Source: an uncultured Candidatus Saccharibacteria bacterium | GTDB taxonomy: Bacteria; Patescibacteriota; Minisyncoccia; Phycocordibacterales; CSBR16-119 | Direction of reading: 5' to 3' | Assembly: GCA_964589975.1 (NCBI GenBank) | Contig: CAZPVH010000001.1 | Location: 23,214-87,213 of the forward strand | Length of the DNA: 64,000 nt | Part shown: positions 61,516 to 64,000 of the stretch, in pieces | Numbering within the stretch: position 1 is the stretch's first letter | Layout: each line of letters begins with the position of its first letter | The notes under the pieces: model-generated | Seen by the model: the letters and a program-made list of their open reading frames with translations, nothing else | Database searches by the model: none | What the model was told of the DNA's origin: nothing | Position numbers and translations under genes: made by a program

Positions 61516-62778
61516 ATGGAGCGTAAGAGTATAAGCAATTTGCCGGGCGGTCCGGGCGTGTATCTTTTCAAGAAGGGCGCCAAGATCCTATACATCGGCA
61601 GAGCCACTAGTCTAAAAAGCCGCGTTGCGAGCTATTTTCGAAATGACTTGTTGGAGACTCGCGGCACGCGGCTTGTCGATATGGTCACGCTTTCCGAGAA
61701 AGTTGATTTCTTTGAAACCGATTCGGTTTTGGAGGCCATTATTCTGGAGGCGAACCTTATAAAGAAGCATCAGCCGCATTACAATACGCTGGAGAAAGAC
61801 GACAAGAGCTTTAACTATGTTGTCGTGACCAAAGAAGAGTTCCCGAAAGTGATTGTCATTCGCGAACGAGAACTCGAGAACGCACTGGCTGGAGTAGATT
61901 CTTTTGGCCTACCAGCCCATGCTCTCAAGGCCAAAGCTATCTTCGGCCCGTTTCCGCAAGGCGGTACTATCCGGGAAGGCTTACGTATCATTCGAAAGAT
62001 TTTTCCATTCCACGATGACAGCTCGTACAAGAAAGACCAGGTGGAATTTTACAGGCAGATCGGCCTGACGCCGGACTTGTCTCAAGAAACTGTCAGACAG
62101 AATTACAAGAAAAATATCCGAAATATTATTCTGTTTTTCCAAGGCAAAAAAGAGCGAGTCATAAAGAATCTAGAAAAAGATATGAAATACTTTGCGAATC
62201 GCAAGGAGTTCGAGATGGCCGGTCTGATGCGAAATCGGATCTTTGCTCTGAAGCACATTCACGACGTTTCGCTAATCAAAAGGGAGGAACTTATGTCTAA
62301 AGCCGGGAGTTTTCGGATTGAGGCCTATGACGTCTCGCATATCTCCGGCACAAGCATGGCGGGTGTCATGACGGTGGTGGTAGACGGCCGGCCGGACAAG
62401 AATGAGTATAGGAAATTCCGCATTCGCGGGTTCGACAGCTCAAACGATGTCGGCGCGCTTGAGGAAATGATGAAGCGACGGCTCGGACACCCCGAGTGGT
62501 TGTTTCCGAACCTGGTTGTCGTCGATGGCTCGACAGCGCAAAAGCGCCGCGTTGAAACTTTGTTCAATCAGCTCGGCGTCCAGATTCCGGTTGTGGCCCT
62601 GGTAAAGAATGAAAGACATAAACCGAAAGCAATACTCGGCCCAAAAGAGCTGTCGACTAAATACGAAAAAGAAATAGTTTTAGCCAACGCGGAGGCGCAC
62701 CGGTTCAGTGTGGCTTATCACCAGTACCTTCGCGGTAAAATGTCAGGAATACCCCGGGCTAAGAAAAAATTATTTTAA
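61516..62778 (+). CDS. uvrC: excinuclease ABC subunit C (short form lacking the C-terminal HhH2)
   Basis: N-terminal GIY-YIG (GVYLFKKGAKILYIGRATSLKSRV), central region, RNase H-like endonuclease domain; 420 aa. Confidence 0.9.
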   Translation: MERKSISNLPGGPGVYLFKKGAKILYIGRATSLKSRVASYFRNDLLETRGTRLVDMVTLSEKVDFFETDSVLEAIILEANLIKKHQPHYNTLEKDDKSFNYVVVTKEEFPKVIVIRERELENALAGVDSFGLPAHALKAKAIFGPFPQGGTIREGLRIIRKIFPFHDDSSYKKDQVEFYRQIGLTPDLSQETVRQNYKKNIRNIILFFQGKKERVIKNLEKDMKYFANRKEFEMAGLMRNRIFALKHIHDVSLIKREELMSKAGSFRIEAYDVSHISGTSMAGVMTVVVDGRPDKNEYRKFRIRGFDSSNDVGALEEMMKRRLGHPEWLFPNLVVVDGSTAQKRRVETLFNQLGVQIPVVALVKNERHKPKAILGPKELSTKYEKEIVLANAEAHRFSVAYHQYLRGKMSGIPRAKKKLF

Positions 62779-62781
62779 AAA

Positions 62782-62815
62782 GAAAAGGGCCCGCTTGCGC
62801 GGACCCTCATTACCG
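62782..62815. terminator. bidirectional terminator (gggcccgcttgcgcggaccc)
   Basis: Near-perfect hairpin flanked by A/T runs. Confidence 0.55.
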
Positions 62816-62820
62816 GAAAG

Positions 62821-63099
62821 TCAGTTTGAAACCCGGTACTTTCTCTTCCTCATTCTGAGCAAGACCACGAGGAATGCGAGCATTCCTGTTGCCCAGAGCA
62901 CTTGGCCCATACTCAGAAATGGGGAAACGTTTTTCGTCACCCGACCAATGGCTCCCCAGCCATCATCGGATCCGATCGCCAACACCACAGCACCTGCGCT
63001 ATCCGGCCAGACCATTGCTAGTGTGCAGAGTATTCCTGTCCCCAGGGCTACTTTGCTGACCAGTCCGCGCTTGTCCAACGACACTCTCTTTCTCATCAC
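62821..63099 (-). CDS. small membrane protein, 92 aa (2 TM)
   Basis: Hydrophobic ORF convergent with uvrC. Confidence 0.45.
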   Translation of the reverse strand: MMRKRVSLDKRGLVSKVALGTGILCTLAMVWPDSAGAVVLAIGSDDGWGAIGRVTKNVSPFLSMGQVLWATGMLAFLVVLLRMRKRKYRVSN

Positions 63100-63226
63100 T
63101 ACTACTTTTTTGGGTTTTATTTGACTTTCCTTCGAAAAGAACGACTTACATTGTAATCAAAATTATATTTTTGTCAAAATCTGTGAAATGTTGAAAACCG
63201 CGCGGGCGCCGGTGGTAAAATGCATT

Positions 63227-64000
63227 CATGCATATAGATGACAAGATTCGCGTCGGCGTTCTCCGCGGCGGACTCGGACCTGAATATAATATATCTTTGG
63301 AAACCGGATCGTATGTCCTGACGCATTTGCCGCGTGAAAAATATCGCCCAGTCGATATATTGATTGACCGCGATGGTATTTGGCATCAGAATGGAGTAGC
63401 AATGAAACCGGACGCTCTGCTTGATCATGTGGACATTATTTTCAATGCGCTACATGGTATTGACGGAGAAGACGGCAGGATCCAGAAATTTTTGGAAGAA
63501 AAAGGGGTTCCCTTTATTGGATCAGACTCGCTTTCATCGGCTCTAACCGGATTTAAGCATGTGGCGAAAGATAGATTGAAAGCAATTGGCTACCAAACAC
63601 CAAAATATGCCGTTTTAAAGGGGCTCTTTATCCAGGCTAATGAAGCTGAACGTCTAAATCATATTCGCAGAAAGGCCATGGAAGTGTTCAAGAAAATGCC
63701 AGGACCTTGGATTGTTAAGCCAATTCTCGGTTCTGCCTCGACACACACGTATCTCGTAACAACTTTTGCCGAACTCGTTTCAATTCTTCAGCATATTTCT
63801 GAGTCGTTCAGTGAAATTTTGGTAGAGGAGTATGTTGAAGGAAAAGAAGTGGCATCGGCCATACTCGAAGGTTATCGAGGAGAGGATCATTACGTTATGC
63901 CGGTTCATGAAGTCGCGCGAAAGAATATTTCGGAAAACGAAGGACCAAAGTCTCTGGGTCTGCACAGGGTTTATGTTGTTGGTAATACTCTGGAGCACAA
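63227..64000 (+). CDS. second D-Ala-D-Ala ligase-like ATP-grasp enzyme (3'-truncated by the window edge)
   Basis: IRVGVLRGGLGPEYNISLETG, DIIFNALHGIDGEDGRIQ, WIVKPILGSAS, VEEYVEGKEV. The reading frame is open to the end of the window. Confidence 0.75.

Noticed and set aside
61227-61607. 126-aa minus-strand ORF
   Set aside because: Overlaps the gyrA 3' end and its terminator; replaced by the hand-read 48-aa ORF (itself low confidence).
1-64000. Scan for CRISPR arrays, rRNA, additional tRNAs, tmRNA, RNase P RNA
   Set aside because: No regularly spaced direct repeats and no further tRNA-like T-arm/acceptor pairs found by eye. The TTCGACTCC motif at 43350 did not fold into a tRNA/tmRNA.

Overview
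This 64-kb window reads as a chromosomal segment of a small-genome bacterium. It uses canonical sigma70 promoters (TTGACA / TATAAT, often TTGACA-N16-TAATAT) with frequent extended -10 elements and near-leaderless starts. GC-rich hairpin/T-tract terminators follow almost every transcription unit, and the lexA promoter carries a Cheo-type LexA box (GAAC-N4-GTTC). Recognisable housekeeping genes: secA, dnaE, rnhB, gdhA-like, uppP, pyk, an ABC-2 exporter pair, lexA-dinB, pyrH, ddl (plus a second partial ddl-like gene at the 3' edge), hpf, fmt, def, hisS, lepB, pth, rpsA (4-domain S1), ychF, gyrA, uvrC (short form), family-4 udg, an ECF sigma/anti-sigma pair, and one tRNA-Asn(GUU). Between them lie many small membrane or secreted hypothetical proteins. 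There is a tRNA-adjacent cluster of small stress/detox-type proteins: two PhnB-like VOC proteins, YpfJ-like metallopeptidase, YdeI-like, DUF1428-like. There is a lamin-tail-domain surface protein, a soluble VirD4/TraG-like ATPase, and several compositionally distinct high-GC3 monocistronic secreted-protein cassettes. One of those cassettes carries a T9SS-type C-terminal sorting domain, and their signal peptides end in A|Q. The most unusual loci are listed first. A compact antisense/sRNA unit at 30.16-30.43 kb has its own consensus promoter and terminator. A LexA-box-controlled micro-ORF-lexA-dinB cassette sits at 24.68-26.77 kb. Two tandem acidic micro-ORFs lie at 27.95-28.30 kb. An RGG/zinc-ribbon mini-protein, a Kelch propeller with near-identical internal DNA repeats, and a divergent BtpA-like/TrpF-like TIM-barrel pair round out the list. 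No CRISPR array, rRNA, or recognisable tmRNA/RNase P/SRP RNA was found. Coordinates placed by hand may be off by 1-2 nt.
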